The notes below the pieces were generated by a model. That model saw only the letters and a list, made by a program, of their open reading frames with translations, was not told the DNA's origin and ran no database searches. A DNA stretch of 64,000 nt from Ostreococcus lucimarinus (taxonomy: Eukaryota), in assembly GCA_000092065.1 (NCBI GenBank), contig CP000583.1; one strand, 5' to 3'. Positions 32,919 through 43,173 of the stretch are shown here, in pieces. Each line of letters opens with the position of its first letter. Positions within the stretch are counted from its first letter, which is position 1. A program made the translations under genes and the position numbers.

Positions 32919-34297
32919 ATGTCGAACATCGCGCGCGCCGCGGCGCGCCCCGCGCCCCGAGACGCGCGCCGCGCGACGCGCGCGGCGCGCGCGGCGCCGC
33001 GCGGCGGCGGCGGCGGCGGCGAACCTCGGGCGTCGTGGTCGCCGCGCGCGTCGTCGCGCGCGCGACCGTCGCCGTTCAGCGCGCGCGCGCGCGGACGCGG
33101 ACGCGGATCGAGCGCGGACGCGGTGAGCGTGGACGCGCGCGTCGCGGCGCGGACGCGACGCGACGAGGACGAGGACGGGAGGGGGCGGGTCGTCGGCGCG
33201 AGACGACGCGCCGGCGCGGGAACGTCGGCGGTGGCGCTGGAACGGCGCGCGGACGCGGCGCGGCGGATGCGACGACGGAGGATTCGCGTGGCGCCGAGCG
33301 CGGGATCGCGGGACGACGACGACGCGGGATGGGATGAGGGACCGATCGGCGGCGACGAGGACGACGCGCGCTGGGGCGGGGCGCCGACGAAGTCGCGAGA
33401 GGACGACGGGGACGATTGGTTCGGAAGCATGACTTCGATGGACGTAGACGCGTATGGGGACGTAATGATGGGCGGTAAGCGTTCGAGCGGGTCGACGGCG
33501 TCGTCCGCCGCCGATGACATCATCGACGGCGCGAACGACTGGTTCAACAACAACGACGACTGGTTCGAGCCGCAGTACAAGGAAGTGAACGCGCCGCCGG
33601 GAACGATGCTGGAAAAGGTTCAACGCATGACTCTGAACGAACCGTCGGACTTTAGCTTCAAGGATGGGGAGTATTTTGACTTGATGGGATACGTCAAGCA
33701 CAAGACGGATAACGAGTTTTGCTTGGTGCTCGAGGTGGCGGAACGCGCGCGAGAACGCAAGCTCGAAAGATCCGAGAGTTTAAGCGGCACCGGGCCGCGT
33801 TTGCCCCCGATTCAACAGGTACGTTCGTAAGGCTCGATCGCAAGACTTTTCTTGGCGATGACGAAAAACGCATTGTGGAACACCGAGTCGCAAATCATGC
33901 GGACAAAACTGCGCCATCCATTTCCGTAGCCATTTCCGAGAGTTTTTGATTTACGATTCCCGCTTTTTGACGCGTTTCGAGACGACTGACGTGTTCGTAA
34001 CTTTTCACATTCATTCAGGCAATCGCGGATTTAGCGCTCGAGATCGAGTTGAGCGGAGGCAAGACGTCGGCGTACTTGGCGATGCGAGAAGCCGCCGATC
34101 GGGCGCGCTTGCGCTACGAGCTTCAACAGGCTTCGTGGTGTTGGGACAAGTACTCCGAAGACTCCATGCGCGCATTGGGTGTGAGTGAAAAGGCGGAGCA
34201 GATGCTGCACCAAGGCGAGCGCATCGACGAAGCTATGGATTTCGAGCGGGAACTCATGATTGAGGACATGAACGACTCGGGCACTCGACGATTCTAA
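32919..34297 (+). CDS. Hypothetical protein with Trp-acidic (DWF) repeats; 2 exons, intron 33819..34018 (200 nt, GTACGT...ttcattcag); 5' end uncertain (first clean ATG at 33429)
   Basis: ...GWDEGPIGG...DDWFGSMTSMD...ANDWFNNNDDWFEPQYK...LPPIQQ joins phase-0 to AIADLALEIELSGGKTSAYLAMREAADRARLRYELQQASWCWDKY... (ORF 34049..34297, same frame after splice). Upstream part lies in an extreme-GC tract. Confidence 0.35.
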
Positions 34298-34355
34298 ACA
34301 CCGCGATGATTTCATTAAATTCTTTGTTGTACCAGCATCATTTTTCATACAATCT

Positions 34356-37300
34356 TCATTCATTCTCTTTTTCTATGCGCGCATACATTTCGGCGATGTT
34401 TTCCTTACCCCCGACGACCGATTCCTCGTTAAAAGTTTTCCACGACGCGACGCTCGCCGACCCTGCGTGCTCGTTGATCGAGTACACCAATCGCAGAGCG
34501 CTGCGAAGTAAATCGTTGTTACGATCAATTTCTTGCTGCACCGCGTCACTCTTCACGCGCGCGGTGAACGTCTTCACCAGCGGTTCGCAAAATGCGTCCA
34601 AGTTCGCGAGCACAGCGTCCGCCGAGTTGGGCGCGACGCCGGCGCTCAACTTGCGCAGCGCCGCGTGCGCGAGCATCTTGATGTCGTAATGATCACCAAG
34701 CCCGCTCGCGAGGGCTACGACGACGTCACGCGCATTCACTAAACCGCCACACGAGTCCAAAATGGTATTAACGCATTCAAACGCGGATTTTCGGCACTCC
34801 AAGCCATCGTCGACGGTGTGCTTGAAGGCGCCGAGATCGATGACGCGAACGAGCTCCGTCGCGATGGCTGTCTGTTCAAGCAGCTTTGGTAAAACATCGG
34901 AAAGAAGAGGCGTGATGAGCGTGCTCTCGCGATGAATCACAGCAGTGAGCGTTTTTATCACCGAAGTTCGCACGTTTACGTCCTCATCCGATATGGCGCC
35001 CATGAACTCTGGCAATCGCAACTCGCTTCGGATCTTCGTGAGCTCGCCCTTTTCGCTCGCCAACACGGCGAATTTTATCGCAGAGATGAGCGTCGCCTTT
35101 TCGAGGGGCGACGCGCTCACGGCGAATCTTTTGTGTACGTCTTGTATGAGCTTGCTCGGATTTGACGCCGCCAATCTGCCGAGGCACTCGGCGACGACGT
35201 TTCGCACGCCTTCCTCCTCCGAACTCGCGGTGCCGTACAAAATCGTCAACACTTTACTCGCCTCGTCTTCGGTCAAGTTTCCGACGACGATAACCTCGCG
35301 AAGCGCCTGAAGAAGCGAGTACTGATGCTCCATAGAATCGCTCTCGAGCTTTGACACGATGAGCGGGAGATATTTCGCACGATTTCCTACGGCGACTCGC
35401 CCGAGCGTCAACGCGGACGCGCCCTTGACTTCGTCTCCGTAGCTATCGAAAGCGGAAAACAAAATGGTTTCTAATTCTTTATCAGCCGAAAGATCGGTCA
35501 AACGACCGATTTCGCCGATGCAAAGTAGCGTGTACACAGCCTCGATTCCACTGACTCCTTGGAGTTTGGCTAGCAGCGTCGACATGGTTTGCTTTATCGC
35601 CGCCGCGGCGACGCATGCGGCGGCGACGCACTTGGCTAAACTGTGCGCCACGAACTGACTATCGACGGACTGAATGTCTTTCGTGTCGGATAAAGCCTCG
35701 AAGAGAGATTCAAAATTCACCACACCGGCAAGAATGAGATTCTTATAGAGCTCTTGAAGCGATTTCAAAGTCTGTCTCTGCACCAACGGCGACCGCGTGA
35801 GCTTGAGCGCGAGTGGCATCGTCGACTTCGCCGTCTCCTGAGTCGCCTTGGGGAAGACGCTGGCGGCGGCTACGATTGTGGTTAAAAGTCCAACAGAAAG
35901 CGTAGCAAGATGCAAGTCTTCTTCGCTCAAGAGAGTCGACGCTTCGACGACGATGGGGACGACGTCGGGATCTTGTAACGCCGCGCGATGCGATGAAATC
36001 AACGCCGTGAGCGCCGCGAGCGCACTCTCGCGTAAGGATTTATTCGCCTTGCGCAGGAAAGTCGTGAGCTCGCTCGTCATCGCAGCCGCAACGGCAGAGA
36101 GATCCATTGGCCGAGAAGATCCCGCGATCATGGCGAACGCACGCACAGCAGGTAAACGAGTCGTCTCGTTTCGCGAACGTTCGAGGAGCAATCCGAGCGC
36201 TCGCGATTGATCCTGAGTGTTGATGTGATCGTTCAGCGTGGCCAGAATTACCGCCGAAGCGTGAATCGCAGCTTCTTTGACGTCTTGGTCTTCATCACTC
36301 GCGTCGAGCTTGGTGAGAACTGCATCTAGTAATGACTTGATTTGACTTGCGTTTTCGGCGGACACCGCTCCCGTGTCTTCTCGGCGCAACACAGAAACCA
36401 CAGCGGCGCACGCGCGCAACGCCTCGGTGACAAGTTTGTAATACTTGTCGGTACAGGCGGCAAAAATTTGCGGCAATAAATCTCGCACGTATGGCTCTAG
36501 GATCTCCAAGTTATTCGGCTTGCAAACACTGCAAACAAACGCGAGCGCCTCAATTCGAGCCGAACTTCCACACGCCTTGTCGCCGACGCAACGTTGGACG
36601 ATGTTCATCAACGAGCTTCGAATTTCTGCGTCCGAGATGTCGGAAAGTATGCTAGGAAACACCGATGCGAGAGAGCTCAGGAGCGCGAACGCCGCAACCT
36701 GCGTCTTAGGCGACTTTGAAGCCGATTCTCGAATGATGATTCGAATGACATCCGTCGTCGTCTCTCTCAACTTGGCGCTCATCTTGGACTCTGGATCGTG
36801 TTCGCGGAATTTTGCACCCACTCGAACGATGTCGCCGATGACAGAAAACACATCCAGTTGCACGCTCGGCTCACGATCCTTCGTTCGCGCGAGAAGTTTG
36901 CTCATGACGTCGTCGTAGTGCTCCGACAGCGTCGGCTCGGACGCGACGCCGACGAGGGCGCTAAGCATTTTCGCAGCCGCGCGACGAACTTTCCAGCTCT
37001 CGTCGTCGTCATCGTTGTATTCATCGTCGTCGCTATACACATCCTCATCTTCGTCTTCGTAAGTATCCATGTCTTCCGTTTCGTCGTCGTCAAAATTTGG
37101 ATCGTACGAGATGTACTTGAGCGCGCACGCAAAGCGTGCGGCTGTGCCCTCATCGCCTTGCACGTTCGCTGGACACGAAGAAACGACGTTATCGATCGCT
37201 TGAAGCGCACCCTCTATGTTCACGATCACCTCCTCGTCGTACTCGTCCGTGGAAGATTCGCAAACGCGAAGTAATAAAGGCATCACCTCGTTCACGTACT

Positions 37301-38060
37301 CGCCAAAGCGATAGCCGAGCGCGCGCGCGGTGGCGCCCAAGACAAACGTGTGCAAGTCACTCTTCCCTTTCTTTGCCGCAACCTTATCTTTCAACACTTC
37401 CATCACCATATTCACCGTCTGATTGAGCATGTCATCCTTCATGAACGTCGCCAAGAGCGCCAAACACTGCGCCGCGCGTTTACGCGTCCCCGACTTGCCG
37501 TGTTCCAAATGTTTCAACAACGTCTCTTGCAACTTTGCGCTGTGCTCTTCACTCAATCTCGCGTGCGGCATCTCACTGAGCACCGTCATCATGACGTGCA
37601 ACACATCCACGGCCTCCGCGGCGACGTTCATCTCATCCGCCGTCGCGCCCGCGCGCGCCGCCGTCGCCACGTGCGTCGCCAACGCCGGCGCGCACGTTCC
37701 CAAAACGCCCTCTCTCGCCCCCCCCTCGAACCCACCGATCTCCCGCACGATCGTCTTCAGGCACATGCACGCCGCGTCTCGCTTCGCCGCGTCCTTTTTC
37801 TCCCCCACGCTCGCGCACAGCGCTCTCGTCGTTCGCTCCGCCGTCGTCGTCTCGCCTCTTCGCGCGATCGCCGCCGCGCACTTCATCGCCAGTCCCGCCA
37901 CGTCCGCCGCCTGATCGAACACCGCCTTGAGCACCGCGTCCATCGCGCTCTCCTCCGTCTCGCGCGACGGGAACTTATCGAACGATTCTCGCGTCACCTC
38001 TCGCAGCAGGTCCGAGCACGCCATGTACCTGTAATCTGCCGCGTCGTCGTCGTCAGTCAT
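34356..38060 (-). CDS. CAND1: Cullin-associated NEDD8-dissociated protein 1 (CAND1), HEAT-repeat protein
   Basis: N-terminus MTDDDDAADYRYMACSDLLREV...DKFP matches CAND1 (FRFMATNDLMTEL...); GLAMKCAAA...; about 1230 aa of HEAT repeats colinear with CAND1. ORF-track 257-aa Arg-rich N-extension removed. Confidence 0.8.
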   Translation of the reverse strand: MTDDDDAADYRYMACSDLLREVTRESFDKFPSRETEESAMDAVLKAVFDQAADVAGLAMKCAAAIARRGETTTAERTTRALCASVGEKKDAAKRDAACMCLKTIVREIGGFEGGAREGVLGTCAPALATHVATAARAGATADEMNVAAEAVDVLHVMMTVLSEMPHARLSEEHSAKLQETLLKHLEHGKSGTRKRAAQCLALLATFMKDDMLNQTVNMVMEVLKDKVAAKKGKSDLHTFVLGATARALGYRFGEYVNEVMPLLLRVCESSTDEYDEEVIVNIEGALQAIDNVVSSCPANVQGDEGTAARFACALKYISYDPNFDDDETEDMDTYEDEDEDVYSDDDEYNDDDDESWKVRRAAAKMLSALVGVASEPTLSEHYDDVMSKLLARTKDREPSVQLDVFSVIGDIVRVGAKFREHDPESKMSAKLRETTTDVIRIIIRESASKSPKTQVAAFALLSSLASVFPSILSDISDAEIRSSLMNIVQRCVGDKACGSSARIEALAFVCSVCKPNNLEILEPYVRDLLPQIFAACTDKYYKLVTEALRACAAVVSVLRREDTGAVSAENASQIKSLLDAVLTKLDASDEDQDVKEAAIHASAVILATLNDHINTQDQSRALGLLLERSRNETTRLPAVRAFAMIAGSSRPMDLSAVAAAMTSELTTFLRKANKSLRESALAALTALISSHRAALQDPDVVPIVVEASTLLSEEDLHLATLSVGLLTTIVAAASVFPKATQETAKSTMPLALKLTRSPLVQRQTLKSLQELYKNLILAGVVNFESLFEALSDTKDIQSVDSQFVAHSLAKCVAAACVAAAAIKQTMSTLLAKLQGVSGIEAVYTLLCIGEIGRLTDLSADKELETILFSAFDSYGDEVKGASALTLGRVAVGNRAKYLPLIVSKLESDSMEHQYSLLQALREVIVVGNLTEDEASKVLTILYGTASSEEEGVRNVVAECLGRLAASNPSKLIQDVHKRFAVSASPLEKATLISAIKFAVLASEKGELTKIRSELRLPEFMGAISDEDVNVRTSVIKTLTAVIHRESTLITPLLSDVLPKLLEQTAIATELVRVIDLGAFKHTVDDGLECRKSAFECVNTILDSCGGLVNARDVVVALASGLGDHYDIKMLAHAALRKLSAGVAPNSADAVLANLDAFCEPLVKTFTARVKSDAVQQEIDRNNDLLRSALRLVYSINEHAGSASVASWKTFNEESVVGGKENIAEMYARIEKENE

Positions 38061-38357
38061 CGCGCTCGACGCGTCGCGTCGCGCGTCGTCCCGCACCCTT
38101 ATCCGGCGACTGCATCTTCGACAGCGCCTGCGCGAGCGTGCCGCGCGCGGCGGCGGACGCCATCGCGTCGCGATGTCGCGACGCGATGGCGTCGTCGTCG
38201 TCGTCGCGGGCGTGGTGCGCGTGTGCGGACGGGATTTTGTGAATGTATCGAAAAACCAATCCTCTTTTCGGCCTCGCGGCGTCCCCATTCGCGCGCGCGC
38301 ATGACGCCCGCGTGCGCGTCCGTCGCGCGATCGCACGGCGCGCGGTGCACGGCGTCG

Positions 38358-39983
38358 ATGGCGCTCGCGTCCTCCTCCGCGTCGCCGCGCGCGACGACGG
38401 CGGGGGCGGCGGTGCCGTGCGGCGGCGCGCGCCGCGCGCGAGGTCCAGCGGTGGTGGCGCGACGGGCGCCGACGGTGCGGCGAGTCGCGACGCGCGCGAC
38501 GGTGGACGAGGACGCGCCGAAGTACCAATTGATCACGTTCTTTCGATTCGCCGCGATCGAGGACCCGGTGGCGGAGGTGGAGCGGCATCGCGCGCACATC
38601 GAGCGACGGGGCTGGGAACTGCGAGGACGGATATACGTCAACGAGCAAGGCATTAACGCACAGATGTCTGGACGAGGGCGAGAGGGAGAGGAGTACGCGC
38701 AATGGGTCGAGAGCGACGCGCGATTCGCTGGGATGCGGATATCGGTGTATCCGATGGATGCTCAGGCGCACCCGAGACTGGCGTTGCGATACAAACCCAA
38801 CTTGGTGCAACTCGAGGGAGGGACGAATCATTTACCGTTGACCGATCGAGAGAAGCGCGCGAAGCCGTTGTCGCCGAAGGAGTGGCACGATAATCTCATC
38901 AAGGTGAACTCGGGCGCGGAAGACGCGCCTTTGCTTTTGGATGTGAGAAACGGGTACGAGTGGGACGTCGGACATTTTCGCGGCGCCGAGAGACCGGTGC
39001 AAGAGTCTTTCAGGGAAACCGTCTATACGAACGTGCAAGACGGCTTAGGACCGCTGGCAAACGTGGATAAAGAAAAGCCGATCATGATGTACTGCACAGG
39101 TGGCATCCGATGCGACGTGTATTCTACAGTATTGCGAGAGCAAGGGTACAAGAACGTGATGACGCTCGAGGGCGGCGTGCAGGCGTACTTTGATGAGTAC
39201 GGCAAGCGCGATGATCAACTTTGGGATAACCATTTGTTTGTGTTCGACAGTCGACTCGCAATGGCCCCTGATGGACGTCCGAGCGCCGAGCTAGGCGAAG
39301 CAGCGGCGACTTTGCGATGTTACTGCTGTGGCGACAGTTCGGCGCCACCGCCGCACCGCAACTGCCCCAACGTCGATTGCAATAGGCTCTTCCTCGTGTG
39401 CAGTAAATGCACCGATAAGCTCGATGGATTTTGTTGCGAAGAATGCACGAAATCCGCGCACGTTCGACCGCAACTCGTCGTCCCTGGACGATATGAAAAG
39501 TATTCCAATTACGATACGCCTGAGAGTCGAGCGGCTCGCCGCGGTCCTGGTCGCTCTTTGAGAAAGGACAGACGCCGACAGCGGCGTAAACTCGAGCTCG
39601 CGGCGTATGTTCTCGAGAACATGACGAGCGCTGATGAAAGCCGGGCTCGTCTTGTGCACGCAACGGGTGGAACTTTCGCCGATCGCACGCGTAGCCTAGT
39701 CGATGCCAGTCGTGCCATTGTCGTCGAGGATGAGGATGACGACACTGAAGACGACGAGGAGTCCGATAGCGACTCTGGAGGTGAAGAAAATGAATATGGG
39801 AGGACTATAAACCCGGCGCTGAGTAGATATAGCAAGCAGCGCATCACGTTGCGCGAAGCGTACGCGTTGCTCGCCGAAGACGAGCGCACGCCGGAAAAAC
39901 TCGTTGAAGCTGCGGAACGCGTCGCGGAGGAACGAAAGCGAATGAAGCGCCTCGAACACGAAGAAACGACCGCGATGATGTAG
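38358..39983 (+). CDS. Rhodanese-domain protein of the TrhO/YceA (UPF0176, tRNA U34 hydroxylase) family with transit peptide and acidic C-terminal extension
   Basis: YVNEQGINAQMS, rhodanese active-site loop MYCTGGIRCD, C-terminal Cys cluster NCPNVDCNRLFLVCSKCTDKLDGFCCEECT, all colinear with E. coli YceA/TrhO. Start coordinate inferred from the ORF-track frame (+/-1 nt). Confidence 0.75.
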   Translation: MALASSSASPRATTAGAAVPCGGARRARGPAVVARRAPTVRRVATRATVDEDAPKYQLITFFRFAAIEDPVAEVERHRAHIERRGWELRGRIYVNEQGINAQMSGRGREGEEYAQWVESDARFAGMRISVYPMDAQAHPRLALRYKPNLVQLEGGTNHLPLTDREKRAKPLSPKEWHDNLIKVNSGAEDAPLLLDVRNGYEWDVGHFRGAERPVQESFRETVYTNVQDGLGPLANVDKEKPIMMYCTGGIRCDVYSTVLREQGYKNVMTLEGGVQAYFDEYGKRDDQLWDNHLFVFDSRLAMAPDGRPSAELGEAAATLRCYCCGDSSAPPPHRNCPNVDCNRLFLVCSKCTDKLDGFCCEECTKSAHVRPQLVVPGRYEKYSNYDTPESRAARRGPGRSLRKDRRRQRRKLELAAYVLENMTSADESRARLVHATGGTFADRTRSLVDASRAIVVEDEDDDTEDDEESDSDSGGEENEYGRTINPALSRYSKQRITLREAYALLAEDERTPEKLVEAAERVAEERKRMKRLEHEETTAMM

Positions 39984-40207
39984 CTCAAATTGCGTACAGT
40001 TTAAATGATATTATTACCTGATAAATGAATGACGGAACAGTAAACGAATGATGTTATTGCGGTTGTGGAGACAACGACAAAGTGTGAAGTCAAAAATATT
40101 TTGAACTTGTGAACTTCTGTGAAGAGCTCTTGAATGCAATCAAGAGCTTCTCTTTATTTTATTGGTACGTAATATTCGTGGCAGTTTACACGCGTGCACG
40201 AGCGATC

Positions 40208-41692
40208 TTAAAAGTTCGCCAGATTCGCCGTCTGAAGCTGAACAGAAATGCTCAGCCTGCTCTTTCCGTTTTGAGACGCTCTTTGAGCGTCGCAAGCGTC
40301 GGAGTAACTTCGAAAGTTTATCACAGCGACGCCAGAACAAAGACCAGTCCAATCGTCGCGGACAATTTGGACGGAGTTGATAGCTCCGAACGGAGCAAAT
40401 GTTTTGTACAGGAATAATTCATCCGCAGCGGGTGGAAGATTTTGGATACACATCGTAGCGCCACCTTGCGCCATCGAAGTCGCCGACGCGAACTTTTGAT
40501 GGGATTGCATAGGAGCATCGAATTTATGCGAAGGGGACGAACCGAGCACCGCAAGCGCGGCAAAGTCGTCTCCGTCTTGCGGGCCAACACTGAGTAATTC
40601 AGTGAGACCGCTCTGGGAAGATATGCGGTTGAGATTCATACTCGAGCCGAGGACGTCGATCAACTCCCCCCCGTCGTGCGCGGAGTCGTCCGTGTTGTTC
40701 GACAGGCGCTGAGTATTCACGGGTACAACTTGCGTTGAACGTTTATTATTTTTTCCTTGCGCCTCGGCGTAGCGCACGACGAGTGGCGGCCCATTGGGGA
40801 CGAGCAAGCGCCCGTTGGCGCGCGTGACCGCCGCCGTGGCTTCGGACTCGCGCAAAAATCGAATCAACGCCCCGCTCGACGTGCTCCTGTTTGCGTGGAG
40901 CAAACGGCACTCAACAATGTGCCCAAAATGCGTAAAAAATGCCTTCAGATCATCGTGCGTCCAAGAAGGGGGCAGACCTTTGACGTAGACGTTATCACTC
41001 GGCGGCGCGTTTGCCGCGCCCCCCGCGCCGTCGCTCTCGCCGTCGGTGTTCGCGAATTTCACCTCGAGCATCTTTCCCGCGTATTCCTTACCGTTGAATC
41101 GCTCGATCGCGTCCTCAGCGCGCGCCGTGCTGACAAACTTAACGAACCCAAATCCTCGACTCTTATTCGTCGACACATCGCGAATGACGCAGCACGATTG
41201 CACCTCCCCGCACGCCTCGAAGAGCCTTCGAAGCGTCAACTCGTCGACGCGTTCGGAGATGTTCTTCACGTACAAATTCGCGTGTTTCCTCGACGACGAC
41301 GGCGTCGTCGCCGCGTAACCTTGACCATCAGAGTACATCATCGAACGCGTCCCGCGCGCGTGCCCCCCCCCGCCTCCGCGCTCGCGATCCTCCGAGCTCG
41401 TCGGCGACCCCCCTCGCGCCGAATCTCGCGACCGCGCGCTCGATTGCGAATCGCACGACCCCACCCCGAACCCGTACGTCGTCACCGGCCCTCCCGTCGG
41501 CGCCGGCACCGATCGCACGTCGCTCCTCGCGCGCGCGCTCGCCCGCGCGTCGCCGCCCTCGCGCGCGGGATCGCTCGTCCAGAGCCCGCGCGCGCCGCTC
41601 CAACCGCTCGGCGCCCCCTCGCATTCTTCCGTTCCGAAAACGTTCCCGCGCGTCGCGCGCGCGCGCGCGTCGTCGCGCGCGAGCGTCGCCAT
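40208..41692 (-). CDS. RNA-binding protein with three RRM domains
   Basis: RRM1 LYVKNISERVDELTLRRLFEACGEVQSCCVIRD...SRGFGFVKFVSTARAEDAIERFNGKEYAGKMLEVKFA; RRM2 VYVKGLPPSWTHDDLKAFFTHFGHIVECRLL...; RRM3 MCIQNLPPAADELFLYKTFAPFGAINSVQIVRD...; start MATLARDD after discarding the Arg-rich extension. Confidence 0.65.
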   Translation of the reverse strand: MATLARDDARARATRGNVFGTEECEGAPSGWSGARGLWTSDPAREGGDARASARARSDVRSVPAPTGGPVTTYGFGVGSCDSQSSARSRDSARGGSPTSSEDRERGGGGGHARGTRSMMYSDGQGYAATTPSSSRKHANLYVKNISERVDELTLRRLFEACGEVQSCCVIRDVSTNKSRGFGFVKFVSTARAEDAIERFNGKEYAGKMLEVKFANTDGESDGAGGAANAPPSDNVYVKGLPPSWTHDDLKAFFTHFGHIVECRLLHANRSTSSGALIRFLRESEATAAVTRANGRLLVPNGPPLVVRYAEAQGKNNKRSTQVVPVNTQRLSNNTDDSAHDGGELIDVLGSSMNLNRISSQSGLTELLSVGPQDGDDFAALAVLGSSPSHKFDAPMQSHQKFASATSMAQGGATMCIQNLPPAADELFLYKTFAPFGAINSVQIVRDDWTGLCSGVAVINFRSYSDACDAQRASQNGKSRLSISVQLQTANLANF

Positions 41693-42061
41693 CGCGCGTC
41701 GTCGCGCGCTCGTCCCTCTCGCGGCGACGCCGCGCGCGCGCGCGCTCGCGTCGTCGTCGTCGCGCGCGCGTGTGCGGCGACGCGCGATGGCGCGTGACGT
41801 CGGTCGACGCCGCGAAGCGTCACTTTCGCTGAAAAGTCGCGGGGCGTCGCGGGGGGGGGCGCGATGGCGTTCGCGGGCGCTCGAATGCGAGGTCGATCGC
41901 GTCGCGGGGGGTTTATTTCGAATGGCTCGTCCGTGGGTCGTGACTCGAGATGAGAAGGGTCGGGAGCCGCCGACGATCGCGGTCGGTCGCCGCCGCGCGC
42001 GCGGCGATCGCGGCGGCGCGCGCGCGCGGCGGCGGACGCGGCAGAGCGCGACGACGGCGCG

Positions 42062-43126
42062 GTGACGGACGCGCGAGGGATGGGCGCGAAAGATGACGAT
42101 AAGACGCGGTTCATGGCGGTGTTCAGGGAACTCGCGGATGGGTTGGTGCGGGACGAGATCGACGATCGGCAGGTGAAGATCGCGGTGGAGTGGATAAAGC
42201 GGATGATTGATTACAACGTGCCGCACGGGAAGTTGAACCGCGGACTCGCGGTCGTGGACGGCGTGCGAGCGCTGAAGGCGGCGAAGAATGAAACGGTCGA
42301 CGAAGAGGAGCTGAAACGGGCGATGGTGGTTGGATGGTGCATCGAGTTTTTGCAGGCGTACTTCTTGGTTGCGGACGACATCATGGACGAGAGCGTGACG
42401 AGAAGAGGGCAGCCGTGCTGGTACAGGCAGCCGGACGTGAAGATGACGGCGATTAATGACGGTATCTTATTGGAGATGATGCTGTATAAGTGCTTGAAGA
42501 AGTACTGCAAGGGATTGGAGTGTTACGCGGATCTCGTGGAGCTGTTCCACGACGTGACGTACCAAACGGCGAGCGGGCAGTTGATTGATTTAATCACCGC
42601 CCCGATCGGGGTTGTGGATCTCAGTAAGTACACCATGGAGGCGTACATGCGCATTGTGACGTATAAGACGGCTTTCTACACCTTTTACCTTCCGGCGGCG
42701 TGCGCCATGCGATTGTGCGGCGTCAAGGATGAGGCGGCGTACGAAAAGGCGAATGAAATTTGCATCAAGCTCGGGCAGTTTTTCCAAATCCAAGACGATT
42801 ATTTAGACTGCTACGGTGATCCCGAGGTCATTGGTAAGATCGGGACAGATATTCAAGACAACAAGTGCGGCTGGCTCGTCGTTCAAGCGTTGCTCAAGTG
42901 CACCGACGAACAGCGCAAAATCATCGAGGAAAACTACGGAAGAGCCGACGCAGAGTGCGAAAAGAAAATTAAGGCGCTCTACGTGGATCTCGACTTAGAG
43001 GCGACGTACAAAAAGTACGAGGAAGAGTCCTACGCCGACCTTCGATCGATCATGGAGTCGCAGAAGGTTTTGCCGGAGGGTTTGTTTGGCGCGATGTTGG
43101 CGAAAATTTACAAGCGTCAAAAGTAG
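42062..43126 (+). CDS. FPS: Farnesyl diphosphate synthase (trans-isoprenyl diphosphate synthase); true ATG probably at about 42080 (MGAKDDD)
   Basis: First Asp-rich motif LVADDIMDES, second motif FQIQDDYLDCYGDPEVIGKIGTDIQDNKC, KRQK C-terminus. Confidence 0.9.
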   Translation: MTDARGMGAKDDDKTRFMAVFRELADGLVRDEIDDRQVKIAVEWIKRMIDYNVPHGKLNRGLAVVDGVRALKAAKNETVDEEELKRAMVVGWCIEFLQAYFLVADDIMDESVTRRGQPCWYRQPDVKMTAINDGILLEMMLYKCLKKYCKGLECYADLVELFHDVTYQTASGQLIDLITAPIGVVDLSKYTMEAYMRIVTYKTAFYTFYLPAACAMRLCGVKDEAAYEKANEICIKLGQFFQIQDDYLDCYGDPEVIGKIGTDIQDNKCGWLVVQALLKCTDEQRKIIEENYGRADAECEKKIKALYVDLDLEATYKKYEEESYADLRSIMESQKVLPEGLFGAMLAKIYKRQK

Positions 43127-43173
43127 GAGTCGATTTTTTATTAATATCACATTGAAGGGGAACTCAGCGCACA

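Noticed and set aside
38061-38831. 257-aa N-terminal extension of the CAND1 ORF, and similar extensions on DDX52 (32074..32642), the RRM gene (41693..42226), EXOSC8 (61052..61678), Nudix (63043..63783), NDUFS6 (62641..63303), TrhO (37350..38357) and WDR55 (10405..10731)
   Set aside because: Arg-rich, composition-driven read-through upstream of the conserved N-termini. They would overlap the divergent neighbouring genes, and the homologous proteins begin at the internal Met.
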